NCBI GenBank assembly: GCA_965603825.1
Contig: CBFDEM010000004.1
Location: 372,001 to 436,000 of the forward strand
Origin: Blepharisma stoltei ATCC 30299
Taxonomy: Eukaryota; Protista; Ciliophora
Length of the DNA: 64,000 nt
Reading direction: 5' to 3'
Positions 1-11,934 of the stretch are shown here, in pieces (position 1 is the stretch's first letter; each line of letters begins with the position of its first letter). The translations under genes were made by a program, and so were the position numbers. The notes below the pieces were generated by a model. The model had not been told where the DNA came from, did no database searches, and saw only the letters and a list, made by a program, of their open reading frames with translations.

Positions 1-2
1 CA

Positions 3-1529
3 CAACTGAAGCTAGAAATAGAACAAGATGCCATTCACGTGCCCTCAGAGCATTTGTTTCGGCCGCTAGTTCAGCTGACAAGCTTGAAGCCACAAAAATA
101 TTCTTTGGAAGTGAATATAGAAAACGGCGATTCCCCTTTTTTGTTCAACCCATTTCCTGATAAAGGTTTGAACTGGATCACTGATTGTCTTAACATTGTT
201 AGAGCTGTCATGCATAATCCTCTTTCTTTTGATGTTCCTTTAGATCATACACGACTGCTAGTAGAAGGCGCTGCTGAATGCTGTCCAAGTAATAATTAAT
301 TAGCTTCACATACACTTCCTGCACACTCCACTGAGAGTTTTGAGTACTATATTGTTCCAAAAACCCTAGGAAATTTGAAAATTGTAGGAGTGCATATGCA
401 GATGCTAGGCTTAAACTGCACTATTCAAGTAGATCCAATTGAAATCGAAGTAATGCAGAGACTGCCTGAGCTAAAGGTCCAAGCAGACCAAAACAAAGTT
501 GTCATGCTATCTTCAGAGCTTCGCACTATAAACCTAAGCATTAAAAATATCAGCAGTGAGCCATTGGGAAATTTCAAAATTTACTGTGAGCCTTCAGAAG
601 TTGCAACTTTTGATACAGAGCAGCTTGAAACTTTGAAAACCCTTCGAAGCAACTCACAAGCTCAGCTTCAGGTCACCCTAAACGCCTATAAAGACTCAAC
701 TAATGTGAAGTTTTCTATCAGATATAGCAACTCAGAAGGGAAAATCTGGCTTTCTGACTCAGTTTCACTGTTTATGGAAGTCATAGCTGGAGTAGAGATT
801 CTAGAATCCCGAATGGAGCCTCTCTTTGAATACTCCTGGTGGGAAGACCTTCATAAAGTTAATCCTTCAATGTCAGAAATTGGCAACTCCTTTGGGCACC
901 GAGATAAGGACCGAGGAATTAACGATCATTCATTTTGCAAGTTCATTGTGAAAGTGGTTAACAGAAGCAAAGATGACTTAGAAATTTCAGCCTTAATTAC
1001 AAACCTTTCACTAGTTGAGTCTCAGCAAGTGATTATCCCTCCTGAGCAGACTCATGAATTGTCATTGCTTTTAGAGAGATTTGAAAATGTCACAGTTATT
1101 GAGCTAAATAAAAGGATTTCAATTGAATGAAGAAGTTTAGGGAATAATAGAAGAGGGAAAATTGATAATTTACCATATGAAACACCTTTATTTATTTATG
1201 CTGAACAGCCTAAAGTTAAATTTAGCGCTGTCCATGGTAATGATGGACCTTTTAAAAATGTTTGAATTAAGGTGACGTTTGAAGAAGATCACAAAGGGGA
1301 TTATCTATATTTATATCCGCTTAAAAGATTGCCTGATGGAAATAAGAAACTATTGCCGCAGGATCTTATACTTATTGGGTCTTTAGCAATATCTCTGAAT
1401 GAAGGAGAAAAGGAGTGTGTGCATGAATTAAAATATTTACCATTAGAAAAGTTTGGATATTGCTTAGTTGCGGCAGTAGGCAGCAAATCTTGTGTAAGAT
1501 GGTGGAGTCATGAAAGTTGGGAGCTATAA
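3..1529 (+). CDS. TRAPPC9/Trs120-like TRAPP II subunit, 3' part (5' end outside window); 15-nt intron 289-303; internal TGA=Trp
   Basis: ORFs 39-299, 375-1130 and 1272-1529 are in one frame, joined by intron gtaataattaattag and TGA codons; ends TAA 1527-1529. The 'HNPLSFDVPLDHTRLLVEG...LGNLKIVGV' Ig-like segment resembles Trs120/TRAPPC9. Confidence 0.6.
289..303 (+). other. 15-nt spliceosomal intron
   Basis: gtaataattaattag; A at position 10; removing it deletes in-frame TAA 297-299 and keeps the frame. Confidence 0.9.
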
Positions 1530-1800
1530 CATAATATTTATTTTATTTATTATAAATCTTGGCTAATTAATGATACCAGCAAAAAACACAAAAAGCCAAT
1601 AATTAATAAATAAACAGTTACATTACTGATCAGTGTCAATAATATATTTATTATGAAATATAATAAATTTATATCTATATACCAAAATAAATAATCTCAT
1701 TAAATAATTATAGCTAGATGTAGAATTTTGGTGTGATTCGTATTTTAAATTTCATTGGGCACGAAACTAAGGTAAGGAAAATTATTTTTTATTTTATAAA

Positions 1801-4536
1801 ATGGGAAGTAGTTGTATGCGAATTGGCAAAAAAGATTTCGAGCCTCAAATTCTTCCTGCTGATCCTTCCAATGACAAAGATGAGGCCAAGCAGTTGATCT
1901 CACAACAGTCAACAAATTTAAAAATTTTGGATGAAGAACGAAAATTCACTAGGCACTCACCAGCAAAAATAAAGCATAAAGCTCCCAAAGTTGATGCAAG
2001 AAAAAGTATCGATGACAATGTAGAAGCCCTGACTGCAGTTATTTCAGACAAGCCCAAGAGTCCTTTGGATCGAAAAATGATTTTGGAAACTTTGAATTCT
2101 CACTTTATCCTAAAGAATCTAGACAATGAAAGCATAAATCTAGTTGTAGAAAACATGAAATTATATGAAATCGGTCCGAGAGAAGTCATTTTTGACCAAG
2201 GAAGTCCTGGGCAGTGCTTCTATGTGCTTTGCACAGGGAGAGTAGAGCTGCTAATAAATGGGCATCGGAAAGATGTATTAAAGCCTGGAGTTGGGTTTGG
2301 AGAGCTGGCTTTATTAGATGACAGGCCCAGATCAGGAACTGTAAGAACAATAGAGAGATGCACACTTTGGGGAGTTGACAGAGTAACGTTCAAAGATGCT
2401 GTAAAGAGAGTAAATGCTTTGAACCATGAAGAAAATAAGCGTTTCATTGACAGTATACCTTTATTTAACGCCCTAATGCCAAACCAAAAAGACGCTTTGC
2501 TCACTTCACTTGTAACGCAGTGGTGAAACAATGGGCAGAAGATTGTAAAAGAAGGTGATGAAGGGGATTTGTTTTATATCATAAAGCAAGGTATCGTGTC
2601 ATGCACTGAAAAGGGCAGAGAAATAAGGCAGATGACTAAAGGAGACTATTTTGGAGAAATAGCTTTACTTTACAATACGAAAAGAACTGCCACAATTGCA
2701 GCAATTGATGAAGTTAAAGTTGTATCTATTGGGAGAGAAGCTTTGATTGAAGTTCTTGGAAATAATTTAGAGCAGATTCTATATAGAAATACCTTGAGAA
2801 TTGCTGTGGAGAAAAGCAATACCCTGAAAGGGTTGTCTAAAGAACAAAAAGAGTTAATCTTTGACAACATGAAAGTCAAAACGTTTTACCCTGGAGAAGT
2901 AGTGATTCCCAGAGAAACTCTAAAAGGGAATAACTTATGGGTGGTCACAAAAGGGTCAATAAGAGGTCCAAAAAGTGTTATCGAAATTTTTGCATGTATT
3001 GGAGACGATGAACTATTTTCAGAAGGAAATGAGCCTTATGCGGTTGACTTTATTGCTGAACTTGATACAGTAGTTGCTCATATTACCAAAGAAGAAATTG
3101 AAAAGTGCACTGGAGGCAGACTGAGTGAAGTCCAAGTAAATAATGAAGCCATGGAAATTTTGAAAACAGTCCAACTACTAAGAGGTCTGACTCAGCCCAA
3201 GCTTGCCCAGCTAGTCCAAGCTCTAAAAGAAATCCAATTTATTGACCAAGAAGTCATTTTCAATCAAAATGACATAGGTCATTCCTTTTACATTATAAAG
3301 TCAGGAAAAGTTTCTGTAGCCATCGACGGCGTCAATATAAGAATGATTGGAAAGCATGACTATTTTGGAGAAAGGTCATTACTTTTCCACGATACTCAAA
3401 GAAGTGCTACTGTTGTCGCAAACGGCCCAGTTGCTTGCTGGGTCTTGAATTATACCGATTTTTGGAGCATAGTAGATGAAAGAATTCGTTCCCAGCTAAT
3501 GAAAAGAATAGAACTCCAAGATGACACAATTTCTTTCAATGAACTTTTGCCTGTCAAACTATTAGGGAAAGGAAATTTTGGTAGTGTCTATCTTGCTGCT
3601 CATAAAACCAAAAGGACTTTATATGCATTGAAAACTGTTTTAAGAGAAAAAATCCAAGCTTATGAAATATACGAAAACATTCTTCTAGAGAGGAGAATTA
3701 TGCTTCAACTTGACCATTGCATGGTTGTGAAGCTTGTAAAAACATTTAAGGATGATACGAGGCTGTATTTCTTAATGGAATATGTAAGAGGACTTGATCT
3801 CTTTGATGTTCTGAGGAATATGGGACTTTTAAATGAAAACGATGCTAAGTTTTACACTGCTTGCTTGTGCTGCATTTTAGAGCATCTGCATGAAAGAGAA
3901 CTTATATATAGAGATTTAAAGCCAGAAAATGTAATGATTGACGAAGAAGGGTATCCGAAGCTGATTGATTTTGGGACTGCAAAATTTGTGCATGGGAGAA
4001 CTTATACAACGGTTGGGACTCCTCATTATATGGCACCAGAAATCATTGTGGGCAGTGGATATTCCGCCTTAGTTGATTGGTGGAGTCTTGGGATCATGGT
4101 TTATGAATTTATATTTGGATCTGTTCCGTTTGGAGAAGAAGAAGATGAGCCATATGAAGTCTACCAAAGAATATTAGAGCACAGACTGCAATTTCCCAAT
4201 ACATTGGACCCTACCAGCCAGGTAAAGCCACTGATACAGCAGCTACTCAGTAAAAGCCCGGCCATCAGAACTGGAGGAAGCACTGAGAAACTTAGAGAGC
4301 ATAAATGGTTCCGCAATTTCAATTGGGTAACAATAATGTAGGATCAGTTATTATTGAAACAAAAAAGAGTTCCTTATATTCCAAAACTGAAAACATTGGA
4401 AAATGAACTGAATAATGCATTTAAGTCTCAAAAGAATTTGATGGAGGTAATCATGAAGTATGAAAAAGGAGATCGTGTTGAAGTCACAAGGAAAAAACCG
4501 AAACTTCCAAAGCCTAACTGGGATAGCGAGTTTTAA
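1801..4536 (+). CDS. PKG: cGMP-dependent protein kinase, alveolate type (four cNMP-binding domains + AGC kinase); TGA=Trp at 2524; intron 4327-4341
   Basis: FGELALL..PRSGT, FGEIALL..KRTAT and FGERSLL..QRSAT cNMP motifs; GKGNFG, YRDLKPEN, DFG, GTPHYMAPE; MGSSC acylation-type N-terminus; C-terminal WDSEF. Confidence 0.93.
4327..4341 (+). other. 15-nt spliceosomal intron
   Basis: gtaacaataatgtag; A at position 10; removal joins FNW to DQLLLKQKRVPYIP (AGC C-terminal tail). Confidence 0.92.
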
Positions 4537-4572
4537 TTCAGATTTTAGAGCATGTCTTTATTATATAATTAA

Positions 4573-5538
4573 TTATTCTTTCATTATTTCTAAATGCTCA
4601 GTTGGCTCTATTTCTTGAATGTCGCTTTCAGGTTTGTGCTTTACTAAGTTTATAGCTGATTTAGCGCCAGCTTTTGCTTCATTTTCTATTTGAACTAAAA
4701 ATTTCATTGTGTCTTTTTTGATTTTGCATACAGTAGGATTAGAGTTTATTTTATTGTAAGATTTTTTCGCACCATTTACTATTTTATCAGTAGCTGCTTT
4801 GATTTTGGGTTTCTCTGAAATTTCTTTGCACTTATCTGCAATCTTGTGTATAGCTACTAGTGATTTTTCTTCCAGTTTTTTAACAGCTGGGGTTTGTGCG
4901 AGCTCATTTAGTTTATTTGCAACTACATTTCCAGCTTTAACTGATGATTTGTACGCTTTGTTTAGCCACCCCTTAAGCCCTTTCTTTGGTTTACTATTAG
5001 ATTGCATGATTTGCTCTTCAGAATCATCTGGAAGATCAGGACAATTAACAGCCTCTTCTCTTATTTTTATTTCTTCGGAAGGATTTTCTACTTTAATTTC
5101 TTCTTGGCTTTGATTGCAATCATAGTCTCCAATCATTATTCCAATTTCATGTGGAAGAAAGTCTTCTTCAAATGGTTCATTTTTTGAGATGACTTGGAGC
5201 ATTGATCTATAAAATGCTGCTGCACGTGTTCGGTATTTTATGTCTATTGGAGTGGCTTGGTCCATATCGTAGTAAGCTAAGTATTCTTTAAAGGCTGAGT
5301 TCCCTCCTGCAGCCATCATTCTAAGCTGATCGATGCTCCAAAGATCATTACTTTTTGGTTTCACAATGCTGATAGCACCAAGATTAGTATGAATTGATGC
5401 ACAAGTTGAGCAAATTAATATTCCGTGGTTTATTGATGCGAATTCTGGATTTAAGGAGTCACAATCCATGCATCGGGTGTTCTGCGGGTCTTCAGAAAGT
5501 CTTTGAAAAACTTGTCGTATTATGTCATCTGATTGCAT
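4573..5538 (-). CDS. ADP-ribosylation factor GTPase-activating protein (ArfGAP domain)
   Basis: CMDC..NPEFASINHGILICSTCASIH zinc finger, 'WSIDQLRMMAAGGN', 'KYRTRAAAFYR'; first ATG at 5538. Confidence 0.9.
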   Translation of the reverse strand: MQSDDIIRQVFQRLSEDPQNTRCMDCDSLNPEFASINHGILICSTCASIHTNLGAISIVKPKSNDLWSIDQLRMMAAGGNSAFKEYLAYYDMDQATPIDIKYRTRAAAFYRSMLQVISKNEPFEEDFLPHEIGIMIGDYDCNQSQEEIKVENPSEEIKIREEAVNCPDLPDDSEEQIMQSNSKPKKGLKGWLNKAYKSSVKAGNVVANKLNELAQTPAVKKLEEKSLVAIHKIADKCKEISEKPKIKAATDKIVNGAKKSYNKINSNPTVCKIKKDTMKFLVQIENEAKAGAKSAINLVKHKPESDIQEIEPTEHLEIMKE

Positions 5539-5830
5539 ATTGGTTTTCAAATATATAACAAATCATTTTTAAATAAATATTAAAGTGAAAGATATGCACA
5601 AATTGAACCTTATTAATTTGATCAAATATCATTATTTGATTATTTTATTAGTTTAATTAATATTTAAGCAGAAATCAAAATTTCTATTAAGGAATCATCA
5701 AATCCCGAAATATTGCATCACTCTGTTAAATATATGCTTTTCATTAAATCTGTAATCTATCAAATAATTATTAACTATTTTCTACATATAGATTTATTAT
5801 TAAATAATTTTCTTAGAGATTAAAAGAGAG

Positions 5831-6178
5831 ATGGAGAAAGACAAACACATGATAAAAACTCCCTTATTAGGAAAGTCTCTAGATATGCCTAGCCAATTTG
5901 AGCTGCTCAGCTTTCGATCAGAAATTAATTCTGTACCGACAAATCTCGACTCAAATTGAGTTCGCTGTGCCACATGCTCAACAATGCTGGCTTATTCAAG
6001 AGATATGCACATTGCAAGATGTCCAGTATGCAGGAATTTAACCGCAATTAAGCCTGTGTCGCAGATGGTATGCAGCAGATGTGAACAAATTTTGCTCTTC
6101 CCATCAGATGTTAAGATTGTTACATGCACTTGTGGTGAATCATATGAAGCATATAATGGAAATGCAAAACAGATATAA
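5831..6178 (+). CDS. Small protein with two LSD1-type (C4) zinc fingers; one TGA=Trp
   Basis: ATG 5831 reads through one TGA into CATCSTMLAYSRDMHIARCPVC and CSRCEQILLFPSDVKIVTCTC; ends TAA. Confidence 0.7.
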
Positions 6179-6409
6179 AACTTTTATCAATTATTTTTAG
6201 AATCTTGTAAATTAATCTATGACTTACTAAAATAAATTGTCTCCTTTTTAAATAAGCAGTTATTTTTGGCTGAAATTAGCAAAGGGTCAATTTTCCTGTA
6301 TGAAAAGATGATAATTGAATAATTATGCTATTTCTGCAGTTTGAAATATAACTAAAGAAATTTTAGTTCAATTTATCTAGTACTCGTAGCGAAGATAAAC
6401 TATTATAAA

Positions 6410-7486
6410 ATGGATACTCAAGAATTTGCCACCGAAGATGTAAGAAGCGTGGTCGATAAATTAAGAAGGATCATGCTTGAGGATGGCAGCCCAGAAACTT
6501 CTGCAGAGTCTCCATTACTTCTTCAAAGAGAATCTCCTGAACCTAAGCCTAAAAAACAGTCAAAACCAGCTAACACAAAAACAAACACTCAGCAGCTCTC
6601 TGGGGCTGTCTCTCAAAAAGTCTTTGAGAAGACAACTCTAGCAAGGATGCGTGCTTATCAGCAACGCCACGAAGACAGAATTCACAAAGCTCAAGAGTCA
6701 AGAGAAAAGGAAAAGATGGGAAATTTCCCATACTCACCTTGCATTAATAATAATTCAAAAAAAATTATTGGTAGATGTGCTCCAATTTATTCCCGTGTCC
6801 AAGAAATAATCGAAGATAAAAACAAACGCATAGAAGAGCTCACCGAGCGAGCCAAAATTCAAAAATTGGCTGAAGAAAATAAAGAACTTACATTCAAGCC
6901 GAAAACTTGTGAAAGCACAAGCAAGAAAAGAACAACAGAGGAGTATTATAATTACATGAATAAATGAAAACAAGTCAGATTGGAAGTACAAGAAAGAGAA
7001 CGAGAAGCTAAAACAAAAGAGGAGTCTGAAAAAGCAACTTTCAAGCCACAAATAGATGGAAAATCAATTGAAATGACGAAAAATATGATTCCATTTCATG
7101 AAAGAATGGAAAAAGAAATAAATAAACGAAAAGCCCAAAAAGAAGAATGGAGCAAAGTCCCATTGTATAGCTTTAAACCGGATATCCCGAAAGATAACAA
7201 ACCGCGTGACAACGTGTTTGAGAGATTATATACAAGGAATATGATATATAGCAAATCTCCTACACCAAGTAGATTAACACCTCCGCCGACTAAAAGGATA
7301 AATTCAAAATCACTTAATGAAAAAGAGCTAAAAAAAGTTCTGAAATTGGCTGGGCAAGATGAATCATATGAAAGTGTAGAGAAGCCAAAGGCTAAAGTAA
7401 AAATAGTAGTGGAAAATGAAGAAAAAAGCGAAAAAATAGAGAATTTAGATTTTCTGAAAGATCTGACAGAGAGTTTATTATTTTAG
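6410..7486 (+). CDS. Hypothetical charged protein with repeated (T/S)FKP motifs; TGA=Trp at 6965
   Basis: ORFs 6410-6967 and 6980-7486 are in frame across one TGA; ELTFKP, ATFKPQI, SFKPDI and VFERLY motifs. Confidence 0.8.
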
Positions 7487-7566
7487 CGCATAACTTCGTA
7501 ATAAGGAGACTATTAAAAGAATAAAATTTAATTTAATAATTCTAAGTTAATAAATGACTTATTCTC

Positions 7567-7893
7567 CTAGTTATTTGAAGCTGCATCTCTAATCAGCTTT
7601 GCTTCATCGAGAATTTTGGGGATAAATTGCTTTAGGCATGACTCCTGACATTCACGAAATGCAGAATTTCCCTTTTGTTTCATTATATCTTCGCATTCTT
7701 GCATACAATTTGAGCTGTCTCGTTCTCTTAGTCTATAAATTTCTGAATATTTTAACCGGAATAAATCTTTGGTTTTGATACATTCATTATTGTCTTCCAT
7801 CAAACATTTCATTTCTGCAGCTTTAAATTGAGATAAAGCTGCATCAAGATCTTTTTTGGCATGCTCGTATTGGTTATTCAAATTTTCTTGCAT
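7567..7893 (-). CDS. Small helical protein with paired CX3C motifs (possibly FAM136A-like)
   Basis: Complete ATG-TAG ORF; NCMQECED...ECQESCLK; family call tentative. Confidence 0.65.
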   Translation of the reverse strand: MQENLNNQYEHAKKDLDAALSQFKAAEMKCLMEDNNECIKTKDLFRLKYSEIYRLRERDSSNCMQECEDIMKQKGNSAFRECQESCLKQFIPKILDEAKLIRDAASNN

Positions 7894-8480
7894 TTCAGAA
7901 TATAATTTTTATAATTAATAGATGATCCCATTTCAATAATTAATATGTGGATTATTAGAATAATTTACAAATAAAAATTTCTTTTAAAATTCCCATATTT
8001 TTTAAATTTAACAATTGATACTTTTTAAATTTTTCAAATTGTAAAATAAGCTGCATCTTGATCAGATATGGAATGGATAGGAGCGCAAAAACAGAGCATA
8101 TATCAAATTAAAGTATTAGTACACTGTTAAAAATTCCATAAAAAGAATTCATTTTGGTTGATTTTTTGAAAGAAATGGCATCAACAGAATCTATATTTAA
8201 TTCTAAGAAATTATATACAAATAGAGAGTGGAAAAACAGGCTAGCAATCGAATTTTGCTAAGGAAAAATAAACTGCTGAGTGGAATGCACAAACAAAATT
8301 CGAGTGCTTGCTTACTTTAAGGCTGATTTTCGATAATATTAAAAAGAATATTTATTTTAGCATAACACTAAACAATCGAAGATTTGAAGAGAAAAATATA
8401 TTAGATTGGCAAGATCACCATTATTTATCATATTAAAAATTAATTAAATGAGAATAATTTATTTCATCTAAAAATATACA

Positions 8481-11400
8481 TTAATGATATTTTTGCACAT
8501 TTTCTTCTAATGGTATCCTATTGTTAAACTCCTTCAATTCAACTTTATGCTTATACAGCAAATGCTCATTTTCCAAAATTTTGATTAATGATTCTTTTCT
8601 TTGCAATTCTCTATCTTTCTCAGATGCTTCTCTTTCTTTTATGCTCAGTGACTCCATCAATCCTTTTATTACACTTATAACTATATCAGCAATATCTGTA
8701 TCTTCTGGATTCCCATTATAAGGAAACGTGTTTACGAACTCGGCTATCCTCCCTATTGAATTTTGATAAAGCTTTATTTCTTCTTCTAGTTCCTCAATCT
8801 TTTTCTTTTGCAAAGCTTCTAAATCCTCTAAATCTGATATTCCACGTATATTTGCTAGAGTTTCATATTTTCTTTGTAAACTTTCCAATTTTTCACTTTT
8901 CATCCTTAGCTCTTCACTGACATTAAAAATTTGTGATCTTAATTTATTGTTTTCATCCTTTAGTCTTGCATGCATTTGAATTTTCTGTTTTAAATTGTTA
9001 TGTCCTGCAAGCTTAGAAATTTCTTTTGAAAGGCTGTCAATTTCTGATTTTAATCGTTGATTTTCTTTATTTGAAATATTAAATTGAGATTGCCAATCTT
9101 CAATGGATTTTTCAAGGTTATATTCTACATCTTGTAAATGTTTTAGTTCTTTAAGAATTTGTTCTCTGCTTTGCACTGAGATTCTCATTTCCTCATTTTG
9201 GTGGTCAAGCTCTTTTTGATATCAGCTACATTTCGACTTCAAGTTCTCATAATCTAGCAATAGCTCTGGCTGTATATTTGGTTGATTTTGATTACTTCTT
9301 TTTTTTAACATTGAATTTTCTTGCTCAAGCTTTTCTACTAATACTTTCATATCTGAATTAGTAGAAGCTAAAAAATCGTTTTCTGCATCTAAAATGTCAT
9401 TTTGAGAGAGCACTTTTTCAAGTTGTTCTTTAGTCCTATCAAGCTCATCAGTTGTTTTCTCAAGAATGTTTTCCAGGTTAAAAGTCATTTCTTCTAAGTA
9501 TTTCAGCTGGCTATTTTCTTTGCGTAGGGAATCAATCTCTCCAATCATGTTTTTTACTTTTACTTCTAAAACTCTTATAGTACCATCTTTTAGCTCAATT
9601 TCGTTGACCAAGTTATTGATATCTTCATTATTGTTTTGTTGGGAATTTGCTTTGCAGCTTCTTTCCGAATTTTGTAAATTTTCACTTTGTGGGTCATAAA
9701 TTTTTGAGCTAAATGATGTGCGAGACACGCTAAAACAATCATCAATACTCTGTTTGTCTCAGTCTACTTCCATTTTCATAGGATCATCATTTATTTTTTC
9801 ATTTGCTCTCAAAATATTATTTTTTTCTGCTAAAATATTTTCCAATTCTTCAACTTTACTTTTATATATGTTTAATTCTTCAGTTATTTTTTTCCGATTT
9901 TCTCTCTCTGGTGTACAAATTAACTCTCCATGTCTGTACTTTGAATAGTCAGTTAAAAGTGCATGCAATTGTTCTCTTTCCTTAATACTTTTCTTTAAAC
10001 TTGCATGAAGCTTTTCTGTAAATTCTAGATTTTCCTTAAGTCTGTAATTGAGCGAATTAAGGTCTTCTTTGAGCTCACTTTTGAGTCTTTGAATATGCTC
10101 TTTTAACGTGTCATTTTCTACGAAAAGTTTTGCAGCTATAGGATGATTTTCATTAATTCGCTTAATTGAAAGGATTTCTTCTTTAAGTTCATCAGTTGTC
10201 TGAGAATTTAAAGCTAATCCTCCTTTTTGGAGTCGTTTAATTGCTTCTTCTCTGAATTTTATAACCATTTTGTCAGATTCAATTTTTTTTTCGTATTTTT
10301 CTAGGGTTACCATTAAAGCATGAATTAGATTTTCTCGGCTTTGGATTTCTTGCTGCAGTACAGATTCGCTTTGAAGACGAAGCTTTAAATTTTGTTCAAG
10401 TAAGGCTTCGATTTCTTTAACCCTCTCATTAAAGGCGTATAAAGAATAATTAGAATGATCTCCAGAAGTGCAGCTTTGGCAATCCACATTCTTGAGAAGC
10501 TTGGCATTATTTAATTGAATTTTTAAATTTTTGACTTCCTCTCTTAGCTCTTTAATTGTTCCAACAGTATCTTCATTAATTACAGCCTGATTCTTCACCA
10601 ATTTTGCTCTTTCAGCAAATCTCAAAGTCGAAAGCGTTTCTCCAAAGCAAGTCGACGCAGCACTTATATTTGCAATAATGCAAGTTTTAGAATTTCCTCC
10701 CAAAGAATCTTTAAGCAAAAACGTAAGTTTGGAGTCTCTATAATGTACGTGCCTATTTTTCCCTTCAGATATATCAACCAGTGAATTAATGACATTTCCC
10801 AGCGTTGATAAAGATTTGTTTATCATGCTGGCTTCTTTCAATCTTTCACCTCTTGCTTCAGTCGATTTCTGCCTTTCAGATCCTGCTAAATCAATAACAT
10901 GAAACAAACTTGATCTAAAGTTCCATAAATCATCTTTTTTCTCTTTACTTTCAATAGCCAACGTGAACACTGAGTGAGACCTTGAGCTTTCTTTATTCAT
11001 TGATGTTGCCCCAACATGGCGGTTTTTAATACCTGTATTTAGTAGCTCGTAGGTTTCCTCGAATGATAGTACAGTTTCTATTTGTAAACCTTCGATATAA
11101 ACTCCTTTTTTAATATCTTCTCTTATTTGGAGTCCTCTCTGTTCAGGCAATAAAAGATCATTAATCTGCTCATTATAGATTTCTAAAAATGAACATTTTA
11201 GCAAAAATTCAACTCCGCTGCATCTTTTTATTTCTTTTTTGACTGAATTGAAAATAAATTCTAATGCACGTGGTAAGAGGCCTCTTAGGTTATAATCATT
11301 AATATTCGCGGACAGGAGATTTAAACTGGAAGGTCCTAAAATTGTGTGTGTTTTACCAGAACCTGTTTGCCCATAGGCAAAAATCGTGCCATTATATCCT

Positions 11401-11636
11401 GCAAGGCAGCTGGATGCTATAGGTTGACCAATTACTTCAAATAACTCTTCTTGTGTGATATCTTGGTCCCCAATGAAATCATATGTGAAAGTTTTTATAC
11501 TTGATTTTGTGTCAATTGAAATAGAGCTCATTGAAAGATCGACTTGAATGCATTGCTTTCCTAAGCATTCTGCTTTCTCTTTATTGCTTAAAGGCCGTAC
11601 GCGAATAGCCACTTTGACGTTATCGTTTTCTGGCAT
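8481..11636 (-). CDS. KIF15: Kinesin-12 (KIF15/KLP2-like); TGA=Trp at 9759 and 9222
   Basis: Motor motifs GQTGSGKT, SSRSH, DLAGSE, HVHYRDSKLT; long coiled coil; C-terminal LAGHNNLKQKIQMHARLKDEN (HMMR_C-like); three ORF pieces in frame. Confidence 0.88.
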
Positions 11637-11934
11637 GTTTAAAATATGAATTTGAAACTTGGGCGATTTTGAGTCTAAAATATGGAATAAAGTTTAGGTC
11701 ATAAAGCAGTGTCAAAATTTATAATAAAAGTCATTTTGAAGATCAATTTAAGGATTATGTTAATAGTTTTTACATTTAAAATAATTTAATAAATTCTATG
11801 ATTATCGTGAAGCTAAATTAGCTTAAATCAAGAAATGTGCTATATCAATAATGCTGATTTTTTTTATTAATTACTAATGATTTGTGCTGCAAGCATATAA
11901 ATGAAGTATATCTAATTAATTTTCCAATTAAACA

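Noticed and set aside
7894-8480. Relatively long intergenic region with two short ATG-initiated frames (about 20 and 28 codons)
   Set aside because: No recognisable motif, intron or repeat structure links them, so a gene call cannot be supported.
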